Assembly (NCBI GenBank): GCA_963822945.1
Contig: CAWGJO010000020.1
Coordinates: 288,001-352,000, forward strand
Direction: 5' to 3'
Length of the DNA: 64,000 nt
Source of the DNA: an uncultured Gemmatimonadaceae bacterium
GTDB lineage: Bacteria; Gemmatimonadota; Gemmatimonadetes; Gemmatimonadales; Gemmatimonadaceae
Below, piece by piece: positions 1-10,912 of this stretch (positions are counted from its first letter, which is position 1; each line of letters starts with the position of its first letter). The position numbers and the translations under genes are program-made. The notes under the pieces were generated by a model. The model did not search any database and was not told where the DNA came from. It was given only the letters and a program-made list of their open reading frames with translations.

Positions 1-2
1 AC

Positions 3-577
<575 letters not shown>

Positions 578-581
<4 letters not shown>

Positions 582-1423
582 TCGCACCGATCGTCCATCA
601 TCCGTTCGTCGTCCAGCTCGGCCCGCTCTCGCTCACCGGATTCGGCATCGCGGTGGTCGCGGCGTTCGGCATCGCCCAGTATCTGTCGGAATCCGAACTG
701 CGCCGCCGCGGGCACGACACGAGCGCCATCGCCGACATGATTCTCGCCGCCGTCATCGGCGGGCTGCTCGGCGCCAAACTCTACTACGTGGTCATCCTCA
801 AGAACTACGACGCGCTGTTCACGCGCGGCGGGTTCGTGTTCTGGGGCGGCCTCATCGGCGGCATTCTCGCCGTGATGGCGGTGATCCGGTGGAAGAAGAT
901 TCCGATGATGCGGATCTTCGACGTCGGCGGTCCCGCGGTGGCGGCTGCCTACGCCGTCGGACGCACCGGCTGCTGGGCGGTGGGCGACGACTATGGACGC
1001 CCGTTCAGCGGCTTCGGCGCCGTGATGTTCCCCAACGGCCAGCCGCCCAGCACGGTGGCCAGCATGATGGCGGAGTTCCACACCAAGTTCCCGCCGGGAA
1101 CCAATCCTTCCACCGTCGTCTCGGTGTATCCCACGGAGCTGTACGAGATCGTCCTCGCCACGATCATGTTCCTGATTCTCTGGCGGCTCCGCGACCACAA
1201 GCACGCCGAGGGATGGCTGTTCGGCGTGTACTGCGTGCTGGCGGGATTCGAACGGTTCATCATCGAGTTCTTCCGCGCCAAGGACGACCGCCTACTCGGC
1301 GGTCTCACGTACGCCCAGGCCATCGCGCTGGCGTTCGTGGCCATGGGATTCCTCTGGATGTATCTGCGGAAGGACGTGACGAAGAACAAACCGGGGATCT
1401 ACGAGACGGCAGTCGCCGGCTAG
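578..1423 (+). CDS. lgt: Prolipoprotein diacylglyceryl transferase
   Basis: Multi-TM; GGFVFWGGLIGG, GRTGC..GDDYG, YPTELYE, ERFIIEFFR motifs; ATGA overlap with tsaD. Confidence 0.92.
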
Positions 1424-1428
1424 GAATC

Positions 1429-1490
1429 GGCAGTTGGCAGTCGGCAGTTCACTGCTGACTGCTCACTGCTCACTGCTGACTGCTCACTGG
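1429..1490. repeat. Heptamer tandem repeats in two inverted blocks: (GGCAGTY)x3 then (ACTGCTS)x5
   Basis: Read directly; GCAGT/ACTGC cores are reverse complements; lies between convergent lgt and FTR1 genes. Confidence 0.85.
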
Positions 1491-1515
1491 CGCCGGCTCC
1501 GTCCGGCGCCACGGT

Positions 1516-3711
1516 TCAGCTGTCTTCCCCGCGCCCCGTTACGGGGCGACCCAGCGCCTCCTCCACCGCGTCCAGTCGCGCGCGCAGCGCGGCGTGCTCG
1601 GCCTGCAGCCCGGCCAGCGTCTCCGACACTGCGGCGGCCGCGGCCGGTTCGGGCAGCGTGGGCAGCGTCACCGAGCGCTTGGGCCAGAAGGTCTTCACCA
1701 GCGCGAAGCAGAAGAGCAGCAACAACAACAGCTGAGCGAGCACCGTCTCCCATGTCGGGTACAACCCCAGCGCCTCTACGTGCGGGAAGCCCGGGATCAC
1801 GCTCATCCCGATTGCGTTGCCTTCCTGCAGCTCGCGGATCCCCTTGCCCATGAACACGAACGCCATGTAGTAGAGCAGCACGCTGGTGACGCTGAAGAAC
1901 GGCCGTAGCGGAATGCGCACCCCGTAGCGGTAGAACAGCGTGAAGATCACCGCCAGCGCCACGAAGCCGAGCACGATGCCGAGCGAGAGCGGCACGGCGA
2001 GATGCGCGCCCTCGCTGAACAGCGCCTGGTAGAACAGCGCCGTCTCCGCGCCCTCGCGGTACACGGCAAGGAAGGCCACGAACGCCAGCGCCCGCCCCCC
2101 GCCGTGCTGCAGCGCGTCGGTCACCTTCTCGCGAATGAACTGCTGCCACTTGGCCGCCTCGACGCGCGAGATCAGCCAGTAGCTGACCGAGAACAGCACG
2201 GCCACCGCGATCAGCAGCGTCACGCCCTCGATGATCTCGCTGCTCGCCGGCACCGCGCTGAGAATCGTTCGCAGAGCGACCGCGGTCACGGCGCTCGCGC
2301 CCAGACCGAGCCCGACGCCGATCCAGATGGAGCGCAGCCGCTCCCGATGACCGGTCTTGAGCAGGAACGCCACCACCGCGCCGATCACGAGGATCGCTTC
2401 GAACCCCTCGCGCAGGATGATCAGGAACGACTGCCAGAACGCCTCGGCGGCGCTGCCCGCCGGGTGCGTCAACTCGACGACGGCCGGGAGATTGGCCTCG
2501 ATCACGTCACGGGCATGTTCGGCGCCCCGAACGTCGTTCACCCGAACGGCGGCTTTGAAGTCGCCGAACAACTTCTCCATGCGCGCCACGAGCCCGGGGT
2601 TCTTCGCCCGCGCCGGTCCCTCCAGCGGCTCGAACGCGAGGTAGGCGTCGAACGCCTTGTCGCCCGCCTCGGAGGCGCGCCCCAGCTGCACCGACGCCAA
2701 CGCCTGCTCGAGCAACGCCGTCACGTTCCGCGAAGCCCCTACCGCGCCGCTGTCGGACGACGCCGCGACGGCCACCGGAGCCCCGTTCCGCGCCGGCAGC
2801 GTTCGGAGGTACGACACGATGCTCCGCACCTGGTGGTCGGTCAGGTCGCGTGCGCCCGGCATCGCGGCTCCCGGCACGCCGGCACGGATCATATGGGCCA
2901 GACTGTCATCGGTGCGGCCGACCTGCCAGGTGAAGGTGCCGATCTCGGGTGGCAGCTTGGACAGGTTGTGGGCATACTCCCCGTCCCCCGCCCCGGTCAC
3001 CCCGTGGCACTGCGCGCACTGCTGCACGTACAATCCCTCGCCCTCGGCCACCTGCGCCATCGGCGAACGCAGCGTGATCACGTACGACACCACGTTCCAG
3101 CGCTGCTGGGGCGTGAGCGCTCCCGCGAATCCCACCATCGGCGTGCCCGAGACGCCAACCGATGCGATGCGATACATGATGGCCGGCGTCACGCTGGCCA
3201 CGAGCTTCGGATCGCCGATCGGCGCCGGTTTCGGATTGAGCAGCGCCGCCTGTGGGCCGTCACCATGGCCGGTCGGTCCGTGGCACTGGGCGCAGGTCGC
3301 ATCGTACAGCCGCTTGCCCGCCGCCAGGTCGATGGGCGCCGTGGGCAGTTCCAGCGCCCCCTCGCTCCCCAGCGCCTGGGCGAACCGCCCTTCGAGCGCC
3401 GCCAGCACTTTGGGCGGTTGGTGCGCCGAGGCCGCCACGATGATCGAATCGAGAAGCACGCGCGCCGACGCCGCACGCTCACCGGTCAGCCGGTCTGCGA
3501 TTCCCTTGGCATCGTTCAGGAAGCCGACGGCCTCCTGGTACTCGGATGCGGCGGTCAACCGGCCCTGGCCGTCCACCCCTTTGCCGTACTCCTCCACGGC
3601 AACGCTCACGATGTTGGCCATTCGTCGCGCCGGATGTTCCTGCGCCGCCAACCGCGTCGCCGCCAGCCCGAGCGCCCCCAGGGCGATGCAGCCGATCCGT
3701 CCGATTCTCAT
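1516..3711 (-). CDS. FTR1-family iron permease fused to two cytochrome c domains (PbrT-like)
   Basis: Signal peptide (MRIGRIG...LAAQ), two CAQCH haem motifs, ILREGFE and VYREGAE FTR1 motifs, C-terminal TM bundle; start 3711 chosen over 3774. Confidence 0.88.
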   Translation of the reverse strand: MRIGRIGCIALGALGLAATRLAAQEHPARRMANIVSVAVEEYGKGVDGQGRLTAASEYQEAVGFLNDAKGIADRLTGERAASARVLLDSIIVAASAHQPPKVLAALEGRFAQALGSEGALELPTAPIDLAAGKRLYDATCAQCHGPTGHGDGPQAALLNPKPAPIGDPKLVASVTPAIMYRIASVGVSGTPMVGFAGALTPQQRWNVVSYVITLRSPMAQVAEGEGLYVQQCAQCHGVTGAGDGEYAHNLSKLPPEIGTFTWQVGRTDDSLAHMIRAGVPGAAMPGARDLTDHQVRSIVSYLRTLPARNGAPVAVAASSDSGAVGASRNVTALLEQALASVQLGRASEAGDKAFDAYLAFEPLEGPARAKNPGLVARMEKLFGDFKAAVRVNDVRGAEHARDVIEANLPAVVELTHPAGSAAEAFWQSFLIILREGFEAILVIGAVVAFLLKTGHRERLRSIWIGVGLGLGASAVTAVALRTILSAVPASSEIIEGVTLLIAVAVLFSVSYWLISRVEAAKWQQFIREKVTDALQHGGGRALAFVAFLAVYREGAETALFYQALFSEGAHLAVPLSLGIVLGFVALAVIFTLFYRYGVRIPLRPFFSVTSVLLYYMAFVFMGKGIRELQEGNAIGMSVIPGFPHVEALGLYPTWETVLAQLLLLLLFCFALVKTFWPKRSVTLPTLPEPAAAAAVSETLAGLQAEHAALRARLDAVEEALGRPVTGRGEDS

Positions 3712-3777
3712 TGCCGAGAAAATGTATCGGGATTGCCCCGTAAGTTCTAGCCTGGCCAATGGGTTGGCGGCCACTCG

Positions 3778-4503
3778 CTACCCCGCGTCGGGCGGCTCCG
3801 CCAGCAGGGTCGGCTGGAGCGCCGCCCAGCAATGATCGGCGGCGGCGAACAAGCCATGCAGGGCCCGGCTCCAGCGGCGCCAACTGCCCACTCGCTCGTC
3901 GGCCGAGGGACTGGCGGCGACCGCGGCCGCCCGCCTGACGTTCATGATCGCCGCCCGAAGCGGTTCGGCGACTTCCTCCGCCTGAGCGGCGAAGGCGCGC
4001 CGGGCCGCCGGACGCGCATCGGCGTGACGCTCGGTGAGCTGGGCCAGATAGGCGTCGAGCGCGCGGTTCAGGCGATCGGGATCGAAGGCCCGGACGATGC
4101 CCGTGCGCCCAACCGACTCCTCGGCGCGACGCCTCGCCTCGAGGAGCGGGGCAAAGAACTCACGCTGCGCGTTGCCGCCGGCGCGTATGCGGGACGAGCC
4201 GAGCGACCGCAGGGCCCGCGTGAGTTCTGGAATCGTGCAGCACGCGGCCATCAGCGCAGCATCGAGCTGCTCGGGGCGCTGGCATTCGAGAACCAGGGGT
4301 GAGGCGCGCCGGAGCGTAATCTCGATCCGGGGCCCGCGCTGCACCACCTCCTCGATGTCGTCCACGTGCACGTCGTGGATCGGCTTCTGATCGGCGCCTT
4401 CGATGAGCAGATGGCCGGCGGTGAGGCGCACGAACACGGAGGCGTTTCCGTCGCCCGCCAGGCGCGCTTCGAATTCCCCGACTCCCGCAGATCGGTCGGT
4501 CAT
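3778..4503 (-). CDS. Hypothetical protein (beta-rich N-terminus, helical C-terminus)
   Basis: 241-aa ORF with protein-like composition, co-oriented and tightly packed between neighbours. Confidence 0.6.
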   Translation of the reverse strand: MTDRSAGVGEFEARLAGDGNASVFVRLTAGHLLIEGADQKPIHDVHVDDIEEVVQRGPRIEITLRRASPLVLECQRPEQLDAALMAACCTIPELTRALRSLGSSRIRAGGNAQREFFAPLLEARRRAEESVGRTGIVRAFDPDRLNRALDAYLAQLTERHADARPAARRAFAAQAEEVAEPLRAAIMNVRRAAAVAASPSADERVGSWRRWSRALHGLFAAADHCWAALQPTLLAEPPDAG

Positions 4504-4528
4504 CGGCGTGGGGACCGGCGCGCAACGC

Positions 4529-5221
4529 TCATGCGGCGACGATGGCGGCGACGACCGCCGACGTCTCGCGGAAGTCGGCGAACACGGCCGCGGGCTCGTA
4601 TCCGCTGAGCTGCTTCATCGAATAGCGACCAGTGGCGACGCCCACGGCCCGGGCGCGGACGCTGCGCCCGCAGGTGAGGTCGGCCGGCGTATCGCCGATC
4701 ACGACCATGGCGTCGCCCGGAAAATCGCCCCCGAGCAACGAACTGGCGCGTCCGCGGGCGATGGCCGGCAGTTCGGCGCGTACTGCGTGGTCGGAGCCGA
4801 ACGCCCCGACGCGGAACCGATCCGGCATGATGCCCACGGCACCGAGCTTGGCATGGGCTCCCGGCTGGACGTTGCCCGTGAGCAGGCCGAGGATGACGTC
4901 GTCGCGGCGCTCGAGCGCGTCGAGCAGGTCGTGGACGCCGGGGCAGACGGTGGCGGCGTGGCCCGGCGCCGCGAGTTCCTCGCGCAACAACTCGACGTAG
5001 CGCGCGAACACGTCGTCCAATCGGGCATCGACGGTCGCCGTGTCGACACCGGCCAGTTCCATCAACTCGTGCACGATCTGGGGATCGGTCTTGCCGTCGA
5101 ACCAGTGTTCGCCGGGGCCCGCGGTGCCGAACGCTTCGATGAGCGCGCGCTGGATAGCACGGCGGCCGGCGCCGTCGCTGTTGAGGAGTGTTCCGTCGAT
5201 GTCGAAGAGAACGAGCTTCAT
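4529..5221 (-). CDS. HAD-family hydrolase (phosphoglycolate phosphatase-like)
   Basis: MKLVLFDIDGTLL motif I, LLTGN, VIGDTPAD; ATGA overlap with upstream DMT gene. Confidence 0.9.
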   Translation of the reverse strand: MKLVLFDIDGTLLNSDGAGRRAIQRALIEAFGTAGPGEHWFDGKTDPQIVHELMELAGVDTATVDARLDDVFARYVELLREELAAPGHAATVCPGVHDLLDALERRDDVILGLLTGNVQPGAHAKLGAVGIMPDRFRVGAFGSDHAVRAELPAIARGRASSLLGGDFPGDAMVVIGDTPADLTCGRSVRARAVGVATGRYSMKQLSGYEPAAVFADFRETSAVVAAIVAA

Positions 5222-6141
5222 GCGCGTGTGAGAAGGAGTCCCGACATGATGCACACCGCGCCCACGCCCTGCCATGGGGTCGGCGTTTCGGCGAGCATCG
5301 CCCACGCCACGATGAGCGCGAACAGGGGCTGGAGGTTGGAATACATGGCGGTGCGCGTCGGGCCGATCACGCGCATGCCGCGATACCAGAACAGGTAGGC
5401 GATCACGAGCGCGCCGAGCCCGCTGTAGAGAATGGCGCCCCAGGCCGTGAACGAGAGGGCGGTCCACGGGGTGTGCACGAAGTCGGGCAGCGCCACCAGT
5501 CCGAGAGCGACCGTGCCGCCGAGCATCGTGTAGGTGGACAGCGTGATACCCTCCACCCGATGCGTGTACGGCATCAGCAGCACGGTGTACAACGCCCAGG
5601 CCACCGAGCCGGCGAGCACCAGCAGGTCGCCGGCAACCGACGCACCCTTCACCACCACGCGCGTGCCGCTGTACACCACGAAGCCGATGCCGATGATCGA
5701 GAGCGCGATGCCGACCGCCCCTCGCAGGCCCACGCGTTCCACGCCGAGCATGCGGCCGATGAGCGCGATCAGGGCCGGCGAGGCGGCGACGACCAGCGCG
5801 GCATCGCCGGCGCGCGTGAGCGCCACCCCTTCGATGAACAGGAATTGGTACACGCCGTTGCCGAGAACGCCGAGCAGCAGGAGCGCGATCAGGTCGCGGC
5901 GGGCAATGCGCAGCCGCCCCAGCGCGAACGCCAATATCACGAGGGCGATCGACGCTACCATCAGGCGCGCGCCGTTGAACGCCAGCGCCGCCAACTGCCC
6001 CGTACCGTACTTCACGACGCTGAAGTTGACACCCCAGATGAGCGCCATGGTCACCAACGACACGTCGGTGATCCAGACGGTCGTTCGGGAGTATCCGAAC
6101 GCGGCTCCGGTGGGGGCCGGCTCGCCGGCGGGTTGCGACAT
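5218..6141 (-). CDS. DMT/EamA family transporter
   Basis: About 10 TM helices, IWGVNF, duplicated EamA pattern. Confidence 0.9.
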   Translation of the reverse strand: MSQPAGEPAPTGAAFGYSRTTVWITDVSLVTMALIWGVNFSVVKYGTGQLAALAFNGARLMVASIALVILAFALGRLRIARRDLIALLLLGVLGNGVYQFLFIEGVALTRAGDAALVVAASPALIALIGRMLGVERVGLRGAVGIALSIIGIGFVVYSGTRVVVKGASVAGDLLVLAGSVAWALYTVLLMPYTHRVEGITLSTYTMLGGTVALGLVALPDFVHTPWTALSFTAWGAILYSGLGALVIAYLFWYRGMRVIGPTRTAMYSNLQPLFALIVAWAMLAETPTPWQGVGAVCIMSGLLLTRA

Positions 6142-6186
6142 TCACGAAACGTAGACGACGACCAACCGCCAGTCTATGTTTCCCCC

Positions 6187-6613
6187 ATGCATGTAGCCTT
6201 CGCGCTCTTCGCCGACGCCGCCAACGTGTCGCAGGAAGGAAAGCTGAACATCCTCGGCGTGTTCGACGCCCTGCAGGTGGGCAACACGCCGGCCGTACAC
6301 CCTCGCGCCCATCTGGTGGTGCACCTGAAGGGAACGTCGATGGACACCGGGCAGCATACCGTGACCCTGCGGTGGATCAACCCCACCGGCAGCGAGTTGT
6401 GGAGCAGCGCCGGCGATCTGAACGTCGGCCCCCTGCCCGTCGGGAGCCAGCGAGATGGACGTGCCGCTGATCGCCCAGATCGACCTGCCGATCGAGGGCG
6501 CGGGCCCGTACTTCATGAGCATCGCGCTGGACGACGAGCAGCGGGCCTCGGTGCCGGTGCAGGTGCGCGTGGGCAACGCGCCGATGGTCGCGCCGTCCGG
6601 ACTGGTCAGTTAG
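6187..6613 (+). CDS. Conserved hypothetical beta-sandwich protein (DUF6941-like), frameshifted near 6445
   Basis: MHVAFALFADAANVSQEGKLNILGVFD continues in another frame as EMDVPLIAQIDLPIEGAGPYFMSIALD...LVS*. Confidence 0.7.
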
Positions 6614-7392
6614 TCTCGGGGAGCACCTGGCGCGCGAACCGGAAGCGGTCGCGCAACTTGTGAACGTAGCTGTCGTGTCCGGCCGAGAGCCGCTCGATGG
6701 AGAAGCCCCCCCGCCCGATCGCCACGTGGGCCATCCGTCCGCCCCCGATCCCGAGTCCGACGTGCGTGATCTGCCGGTCTTCGCGATCGGAGAAGAAGGC
6801 CAGTTCTCCGGACTGCAACGCGGAGAGCGCCGGAGTTCCGGGCACACCGGCTTCCCCCTGCTGCCACGCATCGCGTGGTAACGACACGCCGTGTAGCCAG
6901 AACAGGGTCTGCACGAAGCCCGAGCAGTCGGCGCCCCACGGTGTGATGCCGCCCCACTGGTAGCTGGCGCCGTCGAAGAATTCCTCCGCCGAACGCGCGA
7001 TGGCGGCCGCTGTCTGCGGGAAGCGCGCCGCCGCTTCGGCCTCGGTTACCGCGTCGCCCGACTCGAGGGTTTCCTCGGGCGCCAGGTAGGCACCCAGCGG
7101 CAGCGAGCGGCGGCCTCCCCCCGGTACGCGCGTCCGGCACCCGAGCGAGATGTGGGCGCGCCTCGCGACTCCGCCTCGCCGAGCCGCCGGGCACACGGGC
7201 GAGATAGCCGGCGTGCACCCATCCTTCGTAGCCATCGGCACCGCGGACGCGATACCAATCGTTCCTCGTCTCGATCACGTCGACCACGTGGCCGGCCAGC
7301 CGCTGCGACAGCTGGACGCCGCTTGCCCGCGGCTCGGCGAGCAGCGGCGCCACGGACGCGCGCACCACGGCGCGTGCGGGACCGGCGTTCAC
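6606..7392 (-). CDS. SH3 + NlpC/P60 peptidase (YkfC-like), frameshifted near 7170
   Basis: WYRVRGADGYEGWVH (SH3b) in one frame; YQWGG..GADCSG, LPRDA, ITHVG in the next. Confidence 0.85.
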
Positions 7393-8358
7393 GGGGCGTC
7401 GGCCAGCCCGGGAAATCCCGGGCGCCCACGGGCGAGGCGCACGCCGCGCTCGATCGCCTCCTCGAGCGCCGCCACGGCCAGTGCTTCCACGTGCAGCGCT
7501 CGGCGCCCGTACCCTGCATGGCGCCCAGCGCGAACACGATGTCGCCGTCGAAGGAAGAACCGGCCGGCGTGATGCGATGGAAGAGCGCGGCCCCGGACGC
7601 CCGCGCCAACTGCGAGAGCTGGATGCGATCGAGCGCCGCGTTGGTGGCGACGACGGCGAGCGTCGTGTTCCGGAGCCGCTGCTCGGCGGCCATCGCCGCC
7701 AGCCGGTGCGGCTCTTCCTGGAGCATGTGGGTGGCGTCGAGGAAGCGGCCCTCCGCGCCGCGTGCGCCGGCCACGATGCGCCCCTGGCCGTCGCGCACAT
7801 CGCCGAACGCATTGACCACCGCCACGGCCGCGACCCACACACCGGCCGACCCGCGTTCCGCGCAGCCCACGCCGCCCTTCATCGCGCGGCCGATGCCCGC
7901 GGCCTTGCCCACCGTCGCGCCGGTGCCGGCGCCCACACTGCCCTCGGAGACGGCCGTCGGAGAGGCGGTGTCGGTGGCCGCGTACGCCATGGCGGGCGTC
8001 GGCCGGCCGTCGAAGCGGCCCAGTGGTCCGAGGTCGAAGATGACCGCGGCCGGTACGATCGGCACCACGCCGCTGCCGATCGGGAACCCGCGGCCGCGCT
8101 CCTCCATCCAGCGCATCACGCCGGCCGCGGCGTCGAGTCCGTAGGCCGACCCCCCGGTGAGCAGTACCGCGTCCACGCGGTCGGCCAGAGCGTCGGTGCC
8201 CACGGCGTGCAGCTCCGCGAGCCGGTCGCCCGGCCGAACACCGCCACCCCGCCGCGCAGGGGGCCGTCGATGCCGCGCACGACCGTACAGCCGGTGGCGC
8301 CCTCCGGATCGGTCGCGTGCCCCACCGCGACTCCGACCCGGGAGAAGTCGACGCTCAC
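7389..8358 (-). CDS. P1/S58 (DmpA-like) aminopeptidase, two frameshifts (~8220, ~7500)
   Basis: VGHATD..TGCTV, LTGGSAYGL, VPIVP.AVIFDL, EGSVGAGTGA, NTTLAVVATNA, FDGDIVF. Confidence 0.88.
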
Positions 8359-8359
8359 C

Positions 8360-8547
8360 TCACGACGCGGCGGACGGGTGCCCCGCGTCGTGCTTGGCCT
8401 GGCAGTCGCGGCAGCGCGTAACGCCGCGCAGGTTGCAGACCACGCAGATGAACGTGCCGCAGTCGACGCAGGGGTAGCCTTCGGATGCGCGCTCCTCGTT
8501 GCCGCAGGAACGGCAGGTCATGGCATCGTGCTCATGCAGCTCGTTGG

Positions 8548-8551
<4 letters not shown>
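8360..8551 (-). CDS. Small Cys-rich protein with four CxxC motifs (63 aa)
   Basis: MTNELHEHDAMTCRSC...CVDC..ICVVC...CRDC; AGGAG RBS upstream; ATGA overlap with the regulator stop. Confidence 0.75.
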
Positions 8552-9922
<1,371 letters not shown>

Positions 9923-10015
9923 GACGGCAGTGGGGTATCGGTCGCAAGCGAACGGAATCTCGACAGCGCAGGCGTACAGAGAATGGACACTCGGACCGCC
10001 GGGAGCAACCCTCGA

Positions 10016-10912
10016 TCATTCCGCTCCCGGAACGAGCAACCGGCCGGCCCCGGACAGCGTCCGGGCATCCAGCGCGCCGGGCGGCAGCAGTTCCCCGTCC
10101 GCTTCGGCCCGCCGCGGCGGGTCGGCGCACACCTGAATGTGCCGGCCGCGATAGAAGCGCGTAAGCTCGTCGTCGGGAAAACGCCCGCGCAGCATCCGCC
10201 AGGCCACGCGAAGCGCCTGGGCCAGATTCCGCGGCGCATACACCGCCACGTCCAGCGCCCCGTCGTCGGGACGGCCGCCGGGCACCAGCGTGATACGTCC
10301 GCTGAGCACCGAGCCGACGTTGGCCACCAGCAGCGAGAGCGCCTCCGCTTCGTGCTCGATGCCGTCCACCGTGAACCGGACGCGGAAGGTGGCGCCGCGG
10401 GTGGCAGCGCCGATCGCCGCGCTCGCCCCGGCCAGCACGTACGCGCCCACGCCCAGCCGGCGTTTGAGCCAGGTTGGCGTGCGCTCGAGCATCGCGACGT
10501 CGATGCCCAACCCCGCCGCGACGGCGAAGTGCCCACCGAGCCCGAGCAGCGCGAGATCGATCTCCCGCACGCGGCCGGCGCACAGCGCGCCGACGGCGCG
10601 CACCGGATTCAACGGAATGCCCATGGCCCGCACCAGCAGATTGCCGGTGCCGCCGGCCAGCGCGCCGAGCGGGGTGCCGACGTCCACGAGCCCACCCAAC
10701 GCTTCCATGATCGTTCCGTCCCCGCCCAGGGTGAACACGGCGTCGAACTGCGCGCCCAGCTCGCGCGCCATCGTGGCCGCATCACCCGGGGCCTGCGTGA
10801 GGCGGGTATCGGCATCGACGCCGCACGCCGCGAGGGCCTCTTCCACGCGTCGCAGATCGCGAGCCCCGCGCCGCGACGCCGGGTTCACGATCAGCAGGGC
10901 CCGCCGGATCAC
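10016..10912 (-). CDS. Diacylglycerol kinase family lipid kinase (YegS/DagK-like)
   Basis: LIVNPAS, GGDGT, GGTGNLL, DDGALDV, ADGE; GTGA overlap with tamB stop. Confidence 0.9.
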   Translation of the reverse strand: MIRRALLIVNPASRRGARDLRRVEEALAACGVDADTRLTQAPGDAATMARELGAQFDAVFTLGGDGTIMEALGGLVDVGTPLGALAGGTGNLLVRAMGIPLNPVRAVGALCAGRVREIDLALLGLGGHFAVAAGLGIDVAMLERTPTWLKRRLGVGAYVLAGASAAIGAATRGATFRVRFTVDGIEHEAEALSLLVANVGSVLSGRITLVPGGRPDDGALDVAVYAPRNLAQALRVAWRMLRGRFPDDELTRFYRGRHIQVCADPPRRAEADGELLPPGALDARTLSGAGRLLVPGAE

